Source of the DNA: Pelomyxa schiedti
Lineage: Eukaryota > Protista > Evosea
DNA length: 64,000 nucleotides
NCBI GenBank assembly: GCA_020536535.1
Contig: JAHLWZ010000720.1
Coordinates: 20,571-84,570 of the forward strand
Reading direction: 5' to 3'
Made by a program: the position numbers and the translations under genes. Positions 1 to 12,719 of this stretch are shown one piece after another; the first letter of the stretch is position 1; every line of letters begins with the position of its first letter. The notes beneath the pieces are model-generated. The model ran no database searches. It was not told the origin of the DNA and saw only the letters and a list, made by a program, of their open reading frames with translations.

Positions 1-340
1 TTTTCTCGTAGATAGTTAAAGAACTGAATTAGGGAAGCACAAATGTTATCACGTGCACTCCAGCTTTGGAAGTAACTGAGGTATTACATACTGTTGGTCA
101 GAATTTCTTTGGAATGGTATTTATACAACATCTTCACTGGGGGCTTTTGTATCTAACAATATAAAGCTTTCCATTGTTGCGAATCCTGCTTCTGATAAAG
201 CCCCACGAGTACCTGTGGATATTGTGTGTCTTTGTTGTTCTAAAACCCCACTAACATTACTACTAGGTTGTTGTTGTGGACAGGTCGGGGTCAATGTCTG
301 GAAGTAAAATGGCACTTGTAAAACAGACTCTATTATTCTT

Positions 341-1992
341 AGCTCAGCAGCTTTCTGCTCCAGACCGCTTCTCCCTTGTTACTTTTGATACTAGCGTTGA
401 TGTAATATGTGGTCTCAAGAGAATGTAATGTGCCTTGGCCTGTTGCCCATGCTAAGTTTACACAGGACCACACAAGGCAAGGCATTCGTGGAGTCTTCCA
501 TGTCCTTATTTGATGTATGATCAAACATTGTTTCGGATCGTTGCTTATACACTACCAAAGGCACGAGGTGGAACGGACATCACCATTGGTCTCAGAACGG
601 GAGTGTCAGTCTTTAAGCAAGCAACACACCACAACCCTGTGTCGGCACTTTTACTACTTACGGATGGACAAGATTCTGCTGCCATCCATACTTGCCCTGG
701 AATCATAGCCGATATGCCCTCATCTGGTGTTGTGCATACATTTGGATTTGGTATTGTGCCAATCACGCTAACTTTCACCTAATGGAGCACAGGCGCTGAC
801 CATGATGCTAAGGTATGTGCAGCTATTGCGGAAACTGGACATGGCACCTTCAACTACGTTGAAGGTAACTGCCTTCCAATGCCTTGGAAAAAAACCATTA
901 ATTTAATCACTAGCTGTGGAGACAATTGGCCCGGCCTTTGCCAATATGCTTGGTGGCCTTCTTAGTGTGGTGGCGCAAAACATTACTACTACTCTCACAC
1001 CCATTCCTCCATACACTGTCGTGAAGGTAAACAGTCCTCTTTGAAAGAAATCTCATAAAAAAAAAACAGGCTCATACAACTTTCAAAACTGTTACAGAGG
1101 GCTCTTCAGTGCAAGTAAAGGTGCCGGATATCTTTGAAGAGGAGCGTAGAGATATCGTCTTTGAGTTTTCTGCTCCAAGATTAGAGCTTCAGGAGGATCT
1201 TCAAGCGGTTATAAATGTCTCAACAGTATTCACAAGGCCAGGGGGAGGTGCCCACACAGTGCCAGTTGAGTCCTTCAAGTTAAAGAGACCACAAACCGTA
1301 TGTTACTCTCTTCTTCTGGATTTCATTTCCCGGTTAACCTTGATTTCTAGCTATCTCCTGATCACAAGGCAAACGTTAAAGTTGAGGAGCAACGAATGAG
1401 AGTGAAGGCTGCTGAGGCAATGGAGACTGCAGTTCAGCTAGGTACCGGGAATAGGCTTGCCGACGCACGTGGAGTTCTCAAAGGAGCCATTGAGGTTATC
1501 AAAGCCAGCCAATGTGTAGACAGCCCACTGTGCGTGAGCCTCCTTAACGACCTCCATGTATGCCGGAACTTCCCTTTACTTGTAATTCTCAATATCCCGT
1601 AATAGCAATGCCTGGAACGATTCGCCGATGTCACGCACTTCGCATCCGGTGGGCACGCCTATGCCAAAAGTGCACAGATACAGCACCAGCAGCAGAGGCA
1701 AGCATACCAACCGCAACCGGGAATACAACCCCCAATGTTCCTGGGCATGCTTCCAGGCATGCCAGGCCAGGCCCCCCCACCGGGAATGCCAGTAATGGGA
1801 ATGCCTCCATCCGGAATGGTCCCGCCATCTTCAATGATGATGGGGGGTGCCTTTGGATACCCACAGGCACAACCACAGTCGGCCCCTCCTTGTCAGCCGT
1901 ATTGCACCCCGAAAATGATGTTCGCACAGCAAAGTTATGCTTCCTACCAGCAACAGCAACCACAAGCATACCCCCCCCATAAAAACCCCTAA
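341..1992 (+). CDS. VWA domain protein with C-terminal Vwaint-like helical domain and Pro/Met/Gln-rich tail; multi-exon, 5' end not resolved
   Basis: Spliced exons give LSAPDRFSLVTFDT, ARGGTDITIGL, LLLTDGQD, VHTFGFGADHDA, IAETGHGTFNYVE and FANMLGGLLSVVAQN, then RVKAAEAMETA...LLNDLHQC...QHQQQR. GT-AG introns, e.g. 515-560. Confidence 0.85.
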
Positions 1993-2074
1993 GTATCCCC
2001 TACCCTTCCTTGTACTTTTGGTTAAGAACCCAACCAAAACAAAATGTCTTTGAGGACTACAGTTCCTTTTTTTT

Positions 2075-3715
2075 TCACGCACTCTTTTGTGCAATTAGTG
2101 TTCTTTCATTGCAACTGTTGGCAATAAGCCACACCACTTTTACTTCTTTAAAGCCCAAGGCTGATACAGTGTCTGCAATAGCATTGGCAACATCTGGCTG
2201 TGCAATGCTGGGTGGTTTGTGCTGAAACTTGAGAGTGGCAATGAAGTATGACCCGTTGTGCATCATGTGCAACACACGGGAGAGGACACCAGGTATTTGT
2301 GATGGTGTACAGTTCATATCACAGCACACGATGTGGAAGTGGGAGTTGAGTGCGTGCAAATCGTGAAGGCTTTCATCTAGTGGTTTCTGAATATGAATTA
2401 CTTTTGGAGACCTGGTGAGGGTCTCGTGTAGTGGAGCAGGATCAACTGCAACCACTCTTCCCGCATGTTTCTGAAGGTAAGATGTCCAGCCCCCCTTTTT
2501 TGCAAAATAAAATATTAAGACATTTCATAACTCTCAGTAGACAGTACCGGGGAGGCTCCAATGTCGAGAACTGCCCAGGAATTCTCAATTGGAATGGATA
2601 ACCGCTCAATGGCCTCAATTCAGGGTCAGATTGAGAATAAATTAACTCCTCGTATAAGCAATTATCAACTTCAGTGGCCATTATAATTATGAGCAAAAAA
2701 GGTTGGTGAGGAGAAACCTCTTGTATTTTGTAATGAGCACGCGATATAGAAAAATCGCCTTCTCTCGGGTGCTGAATGAATGTGTCACCAAGAGTGTTGA
2801 TTCCACAGTAGCACAAGTCATCAACCACCGCAACAGAAAGACAATGTGTATATGATTTAGCGTGCATTTTCAAGTGGTGGCCAACCAGACCAGTTCCAAT
2901 TTCCCTCAAGTATTCCACAGGGTACACCTTGATAAACAAGGGTGATTTAATTACATTTAGTTAGTTGGTTAGCTTCCCCTCCCCATAAATTTCCTTTTCA
3001 ACGTTCCCACCTGCAACCGATACACACAGCCGCTCCCATAATCCCCGCTTCCAGCTTGTTCCCTGGTGGCGAAATCAGCCACTGCCGCCACATCCAAGGG
3101 GCACACGTGGGTCCACATCAGGACTCTCTGCAGGCCCCCGCACAGCCACCCCCCATCCCCATCCCCGTCCCCGTCCCCCTCCCGCTCCCGCTCGCCCTCC
3201 GCCTCGCCTTCCCCCTCGGTCTTGCCCTCTCCTCTCCTTCTTCCTCTCCCCTCCTCGTCTTGGGCCTCCCCTCCTTCCTCCGTGCTCCGTGTGTGTGCGG
3301 AAGCGGGGGTGCCTGTGGGCGGGGGGGCGGCGCGCGAGTGGCACAGCGAGTTCAGTTTCCGCAGGGCGGCGAGGCACTGGGGCGCCCCGTGCCTGGCTCC
3401 AAACGCCAGCGCCGTGCACGACTGGCTGCAGTGGTGGCGCCCTTTCTCCGCCGTCTCCGCCTGGGTGTCTCCATTGTGGGAGCTCCTGCCCTGTGCATCA
3501 TCAACTTGGCTGCTCGGTGCGTTTGCTGTTGCGGTCGTAGTCGTCGTTTCTGACGATGGCATGGTAGCCGTCTTGGGACTGATGCGCTGACCGAGTTCCG
3601 GAATGAGCTCCATCTCTGATATCTCCAGCATAAGGTCGGCAATGCGTGACGCATGCGTTTTTTGGCACACCAAGAGCAGGCCGCTGCAATACGCCGCCGT
3701 ACGCGACGATGACAT
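2075..3715 (-). CDS. SAM-dependent RNA 2'-O-methyltransferase, FtsJ/RrmJ fold, RlmM-like; multi-exon
   Basis: Spliced motifs SRAHYKIQEA, VLDIGASPGGWT, VVAVDPAPL, IVCCDMN, ATLKF and NERTL fit the K-D-K-E tetrad pattern. Confidence 0.8.
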
Positions 3716-3958
3716 CTTCCAGGAACGCGGAGGAGAAAGAAATTTCAGGCGAAAGAAAATTTCAGTGTCCAAAGCTTTGGATTTACACTCCTTGCATAAC
3801 CCCCTTACGGAGGATTTGACAGCGGAGCGGAGAGCAGGCTGGTTTTTTTATTTACAAGGGTGATTTGCGAGATAATGTAGTGGGTGCGGATGTGTGCCTT
3901 TGGTGAAACCTTGATGATTTCCCATCTTGGACTGAGCAATAATAAAAAAAAGCCGGAC

Positions 3959-5565
3959 TCATGAATCGTTTTGTAGAAAGCGGCTCAACATAGTGGCTAT
4001 ATCTGCCGCATGAAAAAGGAGGGCTCTGGCATAGCTACAAGAGGGGCATTCCCTGCAGATAGTACAGTGCCCCACATACACAGAAGCCAGAAGCTCCCCT
4101 TGAGCATCCACAATTGGGTAACTCTCCCAGTGAATTGGCGTAGTGGCCCCAGTAATGGGAGCCACAATAGACCAAACTGAAGCCGAGCACTGATTGTTAA
4201 CCAAGTGCGCTTGTGCTTCCCAAAATACACCTTGGGATTCTTTCTCTACATAGGTCTCACCCCAATCCAACTTTTGAAGCTTGATTGCTTGGGCAGTTTG
4301 GGAGATGGCTTGCGCAACCCAACAGTTTAAACAAACTGGTTTGCAATTCTGGTGTATCTTGAGAACGCTCTTCATTTGGAAAAAGGGGATACCTGATCAA
4401 CAATCAATAAATGAAACTGCTGGAAGGACAGTTCAATAACTTCTAATACTTGTCTGATACAAGCCAAAGGGTCATTTGGAATAGGAGCTCCAACTGTACA
4501 CGGCGAAGCTGGGGTGAAGACTGTTGGTGTGCATGGTGACATCGGACCTGATACAGAAAGAGGAAGAGCAGGCGACATGGCCATGGGAGACAAAGGTGAG
4601 AATGCGGGCTCAGGTTCTGGGACATGGGGTGTTCCCCCACAAGCAATAAAAATGGAAAATACGACTGACGTGCCGGTTTCGTCTTCAGATGACTTAGTGA
4701 GATAGGAAGAAAGAAGGGATTTACCAAATTGGGTCTCTGAATCTACAATTGTACTTCCCGCGGGGATACTAGGAACGCCCGCGGATTCATCGGAATTAAT
4801 AATAATATTTTGCGGTTGCTCTGTGCTATTATTGACATTTCCGAGGTGGGGACCACATGAATTGGTTACTGTACCAACACATGGGTGGTTCCCAGCTGGA
4901 GAGGTGGTGTTGCTTCTGGACTGTGTTGTGTGAGATTCTGGAGTTTGAGGAGTGCCAGTGCGTGTGCTGGTGCTTGTGCTTCTGCCAAAGTGGCTGTTGT
5001 CGATGATTGTGCTGCTTCCAAAATTGGTTGATGTTGCCGTAGTGCATGATGTGCTTGTTGCATTATTGGATTTATCGTTAGTGAATTTTCGCGGAAAACG
5101 TGGCGTCCCGCCTGACTCTGAGTCGCTCGGCTGGTTGTTATTGCTTTCACAGCAGAACCGCCGGGGTTCCCCAGAGGCGTCAGAGTCGTCACTGCGCGGA
5201 GAATCAACGTCGTCATTGTCGCGGGCATCATTTACACTGACATCGCGGTATTTAATAATAGTAGTGGCGGCAGCAGAGACTTCCTCTGCCGCCGCTGTTG
5301 CAGTTGCAGTATCGCCGTTTCGTTTGCCTTCGGCCGCGCGGTGTGCATCACCGCCGGTGTCGAGCGACAAATCGCTGCAACGATCTTTGGCGTCCGCGCC
5401 GCTGCAACTGTAGCTGCTCAGATCGCGGGCCAGCGGCGAAGGCGGCGTGCACGCGCGGCACACGTCGCGCGTAGGAGATCCGGGGTGCGGAGGGGGGCCT
5501 TCGCTGCAGATCTTGGGCACACTGGGATCTGGGTTGTATTCCCTTGGGGGCGACGGTTTACGCAT
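3959..5565 (-). CDS. Hypothetical protein with long S/T/P-rich disordered N-terminus and Cys-containing C-terminal domain; 2 exons
   Basis: 397-aa ORF joined to the 138-aa ORF by a GT-AG intron at about 4393-4449. No family recognised. Confidence 0.55.
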
Positions 5566-5801
5566 CGTGTGCCGTGGGCGATTTGTTTTTTAAAAAAACA
5601 GAAATTTAACTTAGCTGAGAGCTTCGAAGTTCGTCAGTTCAGCGATTTTTTTTTTGTAATTGCGCGATCCCTCTAAAAATAGAACCATCCATTCATCCCT
5701 GTTTAGTAAGGGAAAATTGTACTTGGCTTTTTCTTGCCTCGGCACAGCATTGTGACTGGTTTTGTTGTTTTCAACAGGAACTATTTTAATTTCGTTTTCG
5801 T

Positions 5802-7095
5802 CTAATAGATAGAGAGTGAGCTGAATACAGCATTGCCATTGTTGCAATTTGTGCTGTAGTCACATGGGGGGATATCCAGCCATGCCATGTCAGATGCGTA
5901 CTGGCCCCAGCTACTCATCACAAGTGTCATTCCATCCTTGAGTGGCTGTGTGAGCTGCGAGAGATAGCTGCTGCCACAGTCCGCATGTTCTATTCGGAAC
6001 TGATTGAAGCCTTGGCTTAGAATAGTAACGATATTAACCTGTGGAGGGAGTCGATTGTTAGCCGGTGCAATTGAACAATTCTGTGGGTGAGAGAATAGAT
6101 ACCAGGTTGGTACCGTCAGATACGAAAGTAATATTGACTTGGAACGCTTGCTGGGTGTTGATGGTGTAGCCGGTGCCTGGACCATATGCGGTGGTCGACA
6201 GTTTGTATGTATTTTTGCCGCAACCACCACCTAGTGTTCAGTCAGTTGCTTAGTTCGTTGAATATTTCCAGTTGTTATACCGTCACAATAGTAGTATGGA
6301 TATGTTGTCTGATCGCACTTATGGGGAGTAATATCAAAGGCATATGCATTGGCTTCCATAATATCCATTTCTGCACTGCGTTAAGTAGACCGGATTTTAT
6401 TGAAATTTACCAGGGCAGTATATCCCGCAGACTTTATTGGCATCACAGTAGTAGTCTCCTAATATACTATTAACTGGAAACAAGTACTCTTTAAAAGAAT
6501 ACCGCAAGTTGTGGGATCGGGGGTATATCCGTTGTAAGCGGGCATCTGTGCGAGATAAAGAGCCAAATTGCAAGCACAGCCAATGGCGCTGAGGTCAACA
6601 GTGTATGATACAGTCTTTCCGAGAAGGGAAAACATTCTGAGCGCAACAAACACGTCTGTGTGTCAGAGAAGTAGAAGTTCATACTCCACTTACCTCCAAA
6701 TTGTGGGACCGAAAGCTGTGGGGCACCCCGTAGCCAAATAAACCCTAGGGCCATGTCCCAACTTCAAAGAAGTCCCCGTTGGCCACACATTGCCCCATGC
6801 TCCATTGGATTCAACCACAGAAAGGTACCTAGACATGGGTGAGGGAATTTAAACAAAATCCTGTCTCTTTGGCTCAAAAAAAAAAAAAAAGGAATGAATA
6901 AAATCAGGGGTTGTTGAAACTCACTCGGGTTTCCCATCAACAGACACAGTGAGAGTGCCTGCACTAACGTCGTTTACACAGTCACCTGTACATGAAGTTA
7001 TGGGACTCCCAAATCCACAACAGCAAACAGAAAAACTAACCTCCCACAAGCGCCACGAAGGTGGCAGCCAGCAACACCAAGATAACCGACTTCAT
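5802..7095 (-). CDS. Secreted glycoside hydrolase family 7-like (endoglucanase/cellulase); multi-exon
   Basis: Signal peptide MKSVILVLLAATFVALVG, then GPRVYLA, MFSLLGKTVSYTVDLSAIGCACNLALY, YYCDAN, catalytic EMDIMEAN, GMTLVMSSW and MAWLD. Confidence 0.85.
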
Positions 7096-7291
7096 GTTGT
7101 TGAAATTTTATCTTTTTTCTGTTTCCGTCGTTTCACTTTCTTTATGTTCACCGTTTGGAATTTTGACACACAGATGGAAGAAGACGAGTGAAAAAAAGGA
7201 AGAAAACTTGTAGATGAGGGTCACAAGTGAAAGAAAGTGTTTACATTGACAACACAACACAACCAACAAACGGCTTCTTTGGTTGTTGTGG

Positions 7292-9372
7292 TCACATACC
7301 AACAACACACAAAAGGTGCATTGCACCAAACACCAGGACAGTGTTGGCCCTCAGATAGTCAAAGTCAATAGTGTCATAGGTGTCAGTCTTAGCATGATGA
7401 TTGGGATTAGCAAGTTGGCCGTGTGGCTCCAGCCTTGGTTCCCCAAGTCCGGTGCTGCAGAAGAATTCCGCAGGAAAACTGAGGAAGTCAGAGAGCCCGG
7501 CAAAGCGGCCGTGATGTGAAATGAGTGTGAGTGGTGTGTCCAAATGGGGGGAGCATATTTGCTCCAATGCGATCTGGTAGATAGGCTCAAGTGTGGGATG
7601 GGGTTGCTTGAGTGCAATGGCCCAGGAGTTCTCGTGGTTATATCTGCTTGTGGTGTTATTTTTTTTGTTTTGTTTTGTTTTGCTTTGGGAGCTAACCCGG
7701 CCATGTCCACTGTATGTACACTATGTATTTTCTGGAAAACTGATGGAACCAAAGAGCGGAGGAAGCTTAAACGTATGTTTGCTTAAGCAAAATAGGCAAA
7801 AGGATACCTTGCAAATTCCTCACTGCCGTTCAATCCTGTTTCTTCCAAATCAAAAAATACAAACAGTAGTGGTCTCTGGAGGAGTAAAACTTCATTTACT
7901 GGGGTGGGATTTTTACTGTTCTTATTGCCATTCTGTTGATAGCTAAAGCCACTTGTAGTACCAAGGCAACACCTTGTTTTGAAGGAAATTTATTTCTTGG
8001 GAAAAAAAAAATGTGATGAAATTGTTGATGCATACCAGTGCCATTGTCATCTGCTCCATGACAATTGACGGAATCGTAGTGTGCCCCCAAAACAATAACT
8101 GCAGCATGTTAGAGGCAATCAACATTTGCCATAACTGGGTGTAATACCTTCAGAGGAGCTTTTTTCAGAAGTAACAGTGGCAGGAATTATCCCAAATAGA
8201 TTGGCTCCCTTTTCAGCCACCAGGCAATGTCTTATAGGTTTGATTCCATGACGTTCCATGATACTTGACAATTTGTTGACAACTTCCACTCGGTTATTAA
8301 GCCATTGCCTGTCTACGAGTGGCTTCCCACCAGCTTGGATTGGTGTCACACCTGAGAGCCAAGAAAGTGTTTGCCTGAGATTGTCTCTCCAATCCTACCA
8401 AAGAGAATAAGTAATTTGATTACAGTATTTAACAACTTCTTCCAACAATTCTTCCAGTGTGAGTGTGCCTGTTGAAGTCTTTGACAGTGCCTCAATAATC
8501 TCAGCTTGTTTGTAGTCCCTCTCTATGCTCGGTATTGATGGCTGACCCGGATCTGCAGCAGTGGATAGATCCGTCGGGACAAGGCTTTTATTACAGAGAG
8601 GCGTGGTTTGTTCCACGACTGGGCTTGCGGTCTCTGTTTGGTTAAAGGTCATAGCTGATGTCAAAACTTCATCACAGATAACTTGGATACTCTGTATTGC
8701 GGTTACCAAAAAAATTGGTGAAGGACACATCAGTGACAAACCTCCAACGGTGGGACAACAGAACAAGCAAAACACCATCCATCAATTCGCGGAGGTTCCT
8801 GCATCAGGAATTTAACTGACAGCATTACACAGTGCGGAAGCACTCCCATGTTACTTTCACCATCAATAGTGGGATTCACAGTCGGAGGAATAGCTAAAAA
8901 TTCACAGTCAAAACCCAAAAAAGTAAAAATAGGCAAAAAAAAGATTGGGCACACCGTTTGCGTGTTTCACAGCACAAATACTGCAGAAATTGATGCCGCA
9001 ATCCAGGCACACCCATAATTCCACCCCGTCAGCGTGGCCCAGAGGGCACAAATCGCACCCGCGGTGCAGCCACGACCCGAGCCCATCGTCCTCGAGCCAC
9101 TTCATGAGTTCGTTCTCTGGGGTGTTTTTTTCCCAACGCCGGCGCCTCTCGGCCAATTCTGCCGCCGAAGGTGGAGCTGCAGCCGAAGCTGTCGAACTTG
9201 GTGGCGGCGGCGGCGACGAGGGCTCCTCAACCGCAGTTGCTGATGACGTGGATGACGCGCAAGTTACGTTTTGGTGCCTTTCTAGATGGGCAACGTGCGG
9301 GCACGCACTGCGTCGCAGGCTCGTAGTCGTGGTCGTGGTGGGAACAGAAATCGGCCCTTCCGATGCGGACAT
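7292..9372 (-). CDS. UBP-type zinc finger fused to M28 family metallopeptidase; multi-exon
   Basis: N-terminus has CPHV...CDLC...LWVCLDCGINFC...H...HCV...WCFAC. C-terminus has GAHYDS, GADDNGTGVA, FDLEETGLNGS, VDMAG and HHAKTDT. The exons join in frame. Confidence 0.75.
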
Positions 9373-9494
9373 TCTCTCTTCGATTCTTCACTTTGTTCAA
9401 ACGAAAAAAAAGAAGGGAAAAAAAACAGGGGAGGGCAATAACTTGTGGTGGTTTTTTTTCGTGCCATGGAATGACAGCAGTGACCCAACTTGAC

Positions 9495-11536
9495 TCAGTG
9501 GCTGTTTTGGGTGGAGGTGAACTGGACCTTGCGGGGTCTTTTGGTGGAGGTCAGTTGATGCGATGGAGCCTGTGGCGTCGACGGGGGGCTGCGCTTGCGG
9601 GTTTCAGTTGCACAAGTGGTGGTGGTGTCGTGAGATTGCGTTGTGCTTGTACTTGTGGTTGTGGTTGTAGTTGCGGCGGCAGTTGTGCTACTGGACGAGG
9701 TGCTCGTTGTGGATTGTGGGTCTGTTTTGGTTTTGGGTTTGGGTTTTGCTTTTGCTTTGGATTTTGTTTTTGCTGGTGTTACTATGGGTTCTGCTTTTTC
9801 TTTTGGTTTTGGTTTTGGTTTTGGTTTTGCTTTGGGTTTTGTTTTTGCTGCTGTTGTGGGAAGTGGGGAAGGTGATGTGGACTGGAGTGGCGGAGTTACA
9901 TGAGATGAGGGAATTTGGTTGGTGATTGTGGAATGGTGGGATTTCCTAACAAAGCAGGCCACAAAGAATCCAGTTGCTTGATCCTCCTTTGGATCCACGC
10001 GGATGCAATTTTCCGCTTGCGTGAACAGAGGCAACCCCCTGTGGGGCCAGCTTGGGAGCACCTTTTCGAGTTCAAAGGGTACGGAACTGCTGGCTCCAGT
10101 AATGTCAGTGGCATTTTCGCCAGTTAGTGCCCAACGAACTACATCCTCGTTTTCCTCTTGGTGAATGGAGCATGTGGAGTACACAACCCGTTGAACATTG
10201 GGGAAGGACAATGCGTGCCGGAGTATGAGCAACTGAAATTTGCGTAGTTGTCTCAGCCTAGAGAGATCTGGCTTTTCTTCTACTGTCTGTAGTTGCATTT
10301 CTGGCCTGTCTAGCATCCCAGAACCTGAACAGGATGGGTCAACAAGAATCTAGTGCTGAATGTTAATTCAAGGCAAAAAAGTGGGAGGGGGGTACATGGG
10401 TAACAGAAGAATATTGCTTGTCACGTGGTGAGACTTTAATGAAATCTTGGCACGTTGCAGTCACATTCTTTACGCCGCGTTGTTCAAGTAATTTTAGCAT
10501 CATATCCAATCTTTTTTTGTCTTTGTCAAAAGCATAAATCTTCCCCTATAAATCCTCTTGTAAGAAAGGGTGACACTGTCAGAGAAAACAATCATATCAC
10601 AAAATTGATAAGACAATTAAATTTATCTGTTTCATCGCCAAAGCAATACCGTATTGTTCATTATGGCAGCCAGGTGTGAAGTCTTGTTTCCAGGAGCTGA
10701 ACATGAATCGATGACATGACTTCCTTGTGGCGGGTTGAGCACCATTGCAGGAATGCAGCTTGGTTTGGATTGAATAATCAGACTCCCCTTCTTTACTGCC
10801 TTGAAAGTGTGGACCTTCGCATCAGGTGCGAAGTGGAGTAATTCGGGTATATCACTATCAACTGTGGCCTATGGCAGTGTGGCAGAGTAAACAACTCTCT
10901 TCGCAGAGTATCAAGCATACCAATTTTGATGAAAATGTGGCCATCAGTGATGAAACACTAGTCATAAGAGTATTCACACGAGCACACTTAGGAACGGGCT
11001 TTGCTGGCAAATTTTCAGCCTGGTATTTTGCAAAAGCTTCCCTTATTTCTTTTTCGTGCCTCAATACCTCCTGAGTTACGTGAATCAAAAGAAATAAAAC
11101 GATAAACAAAGTAGGCTCTATACCAAACCCCAAAAGCGAAATCGAAAAGAAAACGAAATAGAACCGTCTAATAGACCGATAGAACTCGCAGTACCTTCTC
11201 CAGAGATCCATTGCTTCTAATGCCACCGCCCAAAAGCATGTCCCTCACAAGAACCAACACCATTCCATTTCTAAACGCCGTTCTTTCATCCATATTCCCC
11301 ACAGTTTTCGCTCTGCCCCCAGAACCTCCCATAACCCCGGCTCCGCCACTCAGCAGCCCGGTGTCTTTAAGGCAATCGCAGAGGACCTTCTGGCACTTGG
11401 CCGTCTCGGCCACGACGGCGTAGCACCCACGAGGATTCCTCACCCCAGGGGTAGAAAACGCCAAAGTACGCGGTGTGCCTTTGAACATTAAAACCCCGGC
11501 CATGATCTTGGCTGCGTCGCGGTACATCATCGCCAT
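9495..11536 (-). CDS. NSUN5: NOL1/NOP2/Sun family rRNA m5C methyltransferase (NSUN5/Rcm1); multi-exon, with a KP-repeat tail
   Basis: MYRDAAKI, RVNTL, IIQSKPSCIPA, DSCSAPGNKTSHLA, LVDPSCSGSG, VVYSTCSIHQEENEDVV and GFFVACF. Confidence 0.9.
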
Positions 11537-11617
11537 GAGTGACGTCCGGCAAAACTACAATTAAATAACCCAAGTAAATTAAAAACCGAAACTGATGAAT
11601 AGCTAAAGAGCTAACGG

Positions 11618-12594
11618 TTAGACCGTTTCAAAAAAAAAAAAGCGTGCTAAAGAGACTTTTTGGTTTATTCCTACTTTAAGGTTTGTATTAGGTGTGTTAA
11701 CAATCAGGATGCTGTTGGACAGAATCAGTAACACTGGAAGATTGAGACGGGAAAAGGTACCATTTCCGCCACTGTTCATTGCTAGTTCCACCAACTCTGC
11801 TTTGTGCAATTCGTCTTGTTGGTCAACCGACCGCAGTACTTCCGCGGCACTGGATTCTTGTTGCTCACCCGCAATTAGTAGCTCATCAAGAACAAGGTAT
11901 GCCTTGAGTGGGTAAGTATAGTGAAGTGGAATAGCTTTGATTCCCTACTCTTGAAAAGTCATAGATAAGGTCAAGTTCTGTAACGTTACCAAAGTATTTA
12001 TCCAAAATAAAAACTGTTCGTGAATTAATAAAGTGTCATAGAGGGATGGAGGTCACAAAGAAAAGTAGGGGAAAAAAATAGGAAGGAAAATAAATTGTTG
12101 CACAAGTAGAAAATATTAACTTAATTAATCCTCGTATACCAAAACGATGAATGAGTTCGAGCGTTATGAGTTCGTTGTCAGATTTGTCAACACAGAGTAC
12201 AAAGTATAAACTGGCATATCTTTGTTGAAACAGTTATACTGGAAACCACAAAGTAGCCAGTGTGCAATGCTAAAAAAAAAGGCTGTGCACCTTTTATACA
12301 CTACAGTAAATTCCCTCCATTCAATGAAATTACACATCGAGGAGCTTCTGTGAGTGACTTGAACAGCCAGTTCTTTAATAATGCGTTCCCTCTCCTTCTG
12401 TTGATATGGAACATACCTTCATTGTAGTTTACAAATCAAAGAGGGAGATTCGATGGGGAAACCCCAAACCATTTGGAGAGTCTCGTTTTTCCCTGCCTGT
12501 TGAGCATCAAGAAGAATTTGATCTGCCATTTTATGCACGTGAGTTTGGCGTCCGAGTTAAAAAAAAAAAAAAAAAAAAAACGTCGCACCGTCAT
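11618..12594 (-). CDS. AP1S: Adaptor protein complex small (sigma) subunit, AP-1 sigma-like; multi-exon, 3' end uncertain
   Basis: Spliced sequence: IKFFLMLNRQGKTRLSKWY...[22 protein letters not shown]...DNELITLELIHRFV..LDKYFGNVTELDLIY...AYLVLDELLIAGEQQESS. Confidence 0.88.
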
Positions 12595-12719
12595 CTTCGC
12601 TGTGTTGATGATGATGGAAAAACAAAAAAAAAAACAAGGCAGATTAGAACTTTGGAAAAATGGAACCGAAATGCCTTCAATCGAAACAAAAAACAGAAAA
12701 ACACCAAGGGTGGTAGGCC

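Noticed and set aside
500-550. Possible AT-AC intron (ATGTCCTT...ATAC) in the VWA gene
   Set aside because: It breaks the frame, whereas the canonical GT-AG intron 515-560 restores it.
3056-3654. Multiple overlapping GC-rich ORFs (also at 32786-33333, 40648-41237, 62084-62809)
   Set aside because: They are shadow or antisense frames of GC-rich low-complexity exons.
9700-9850. (GGTTTT)n-like telomeric or satellite repeat
   Set aside because: It is the coding Lys-Pro repeat tail of NSUN5 on the minus strand.
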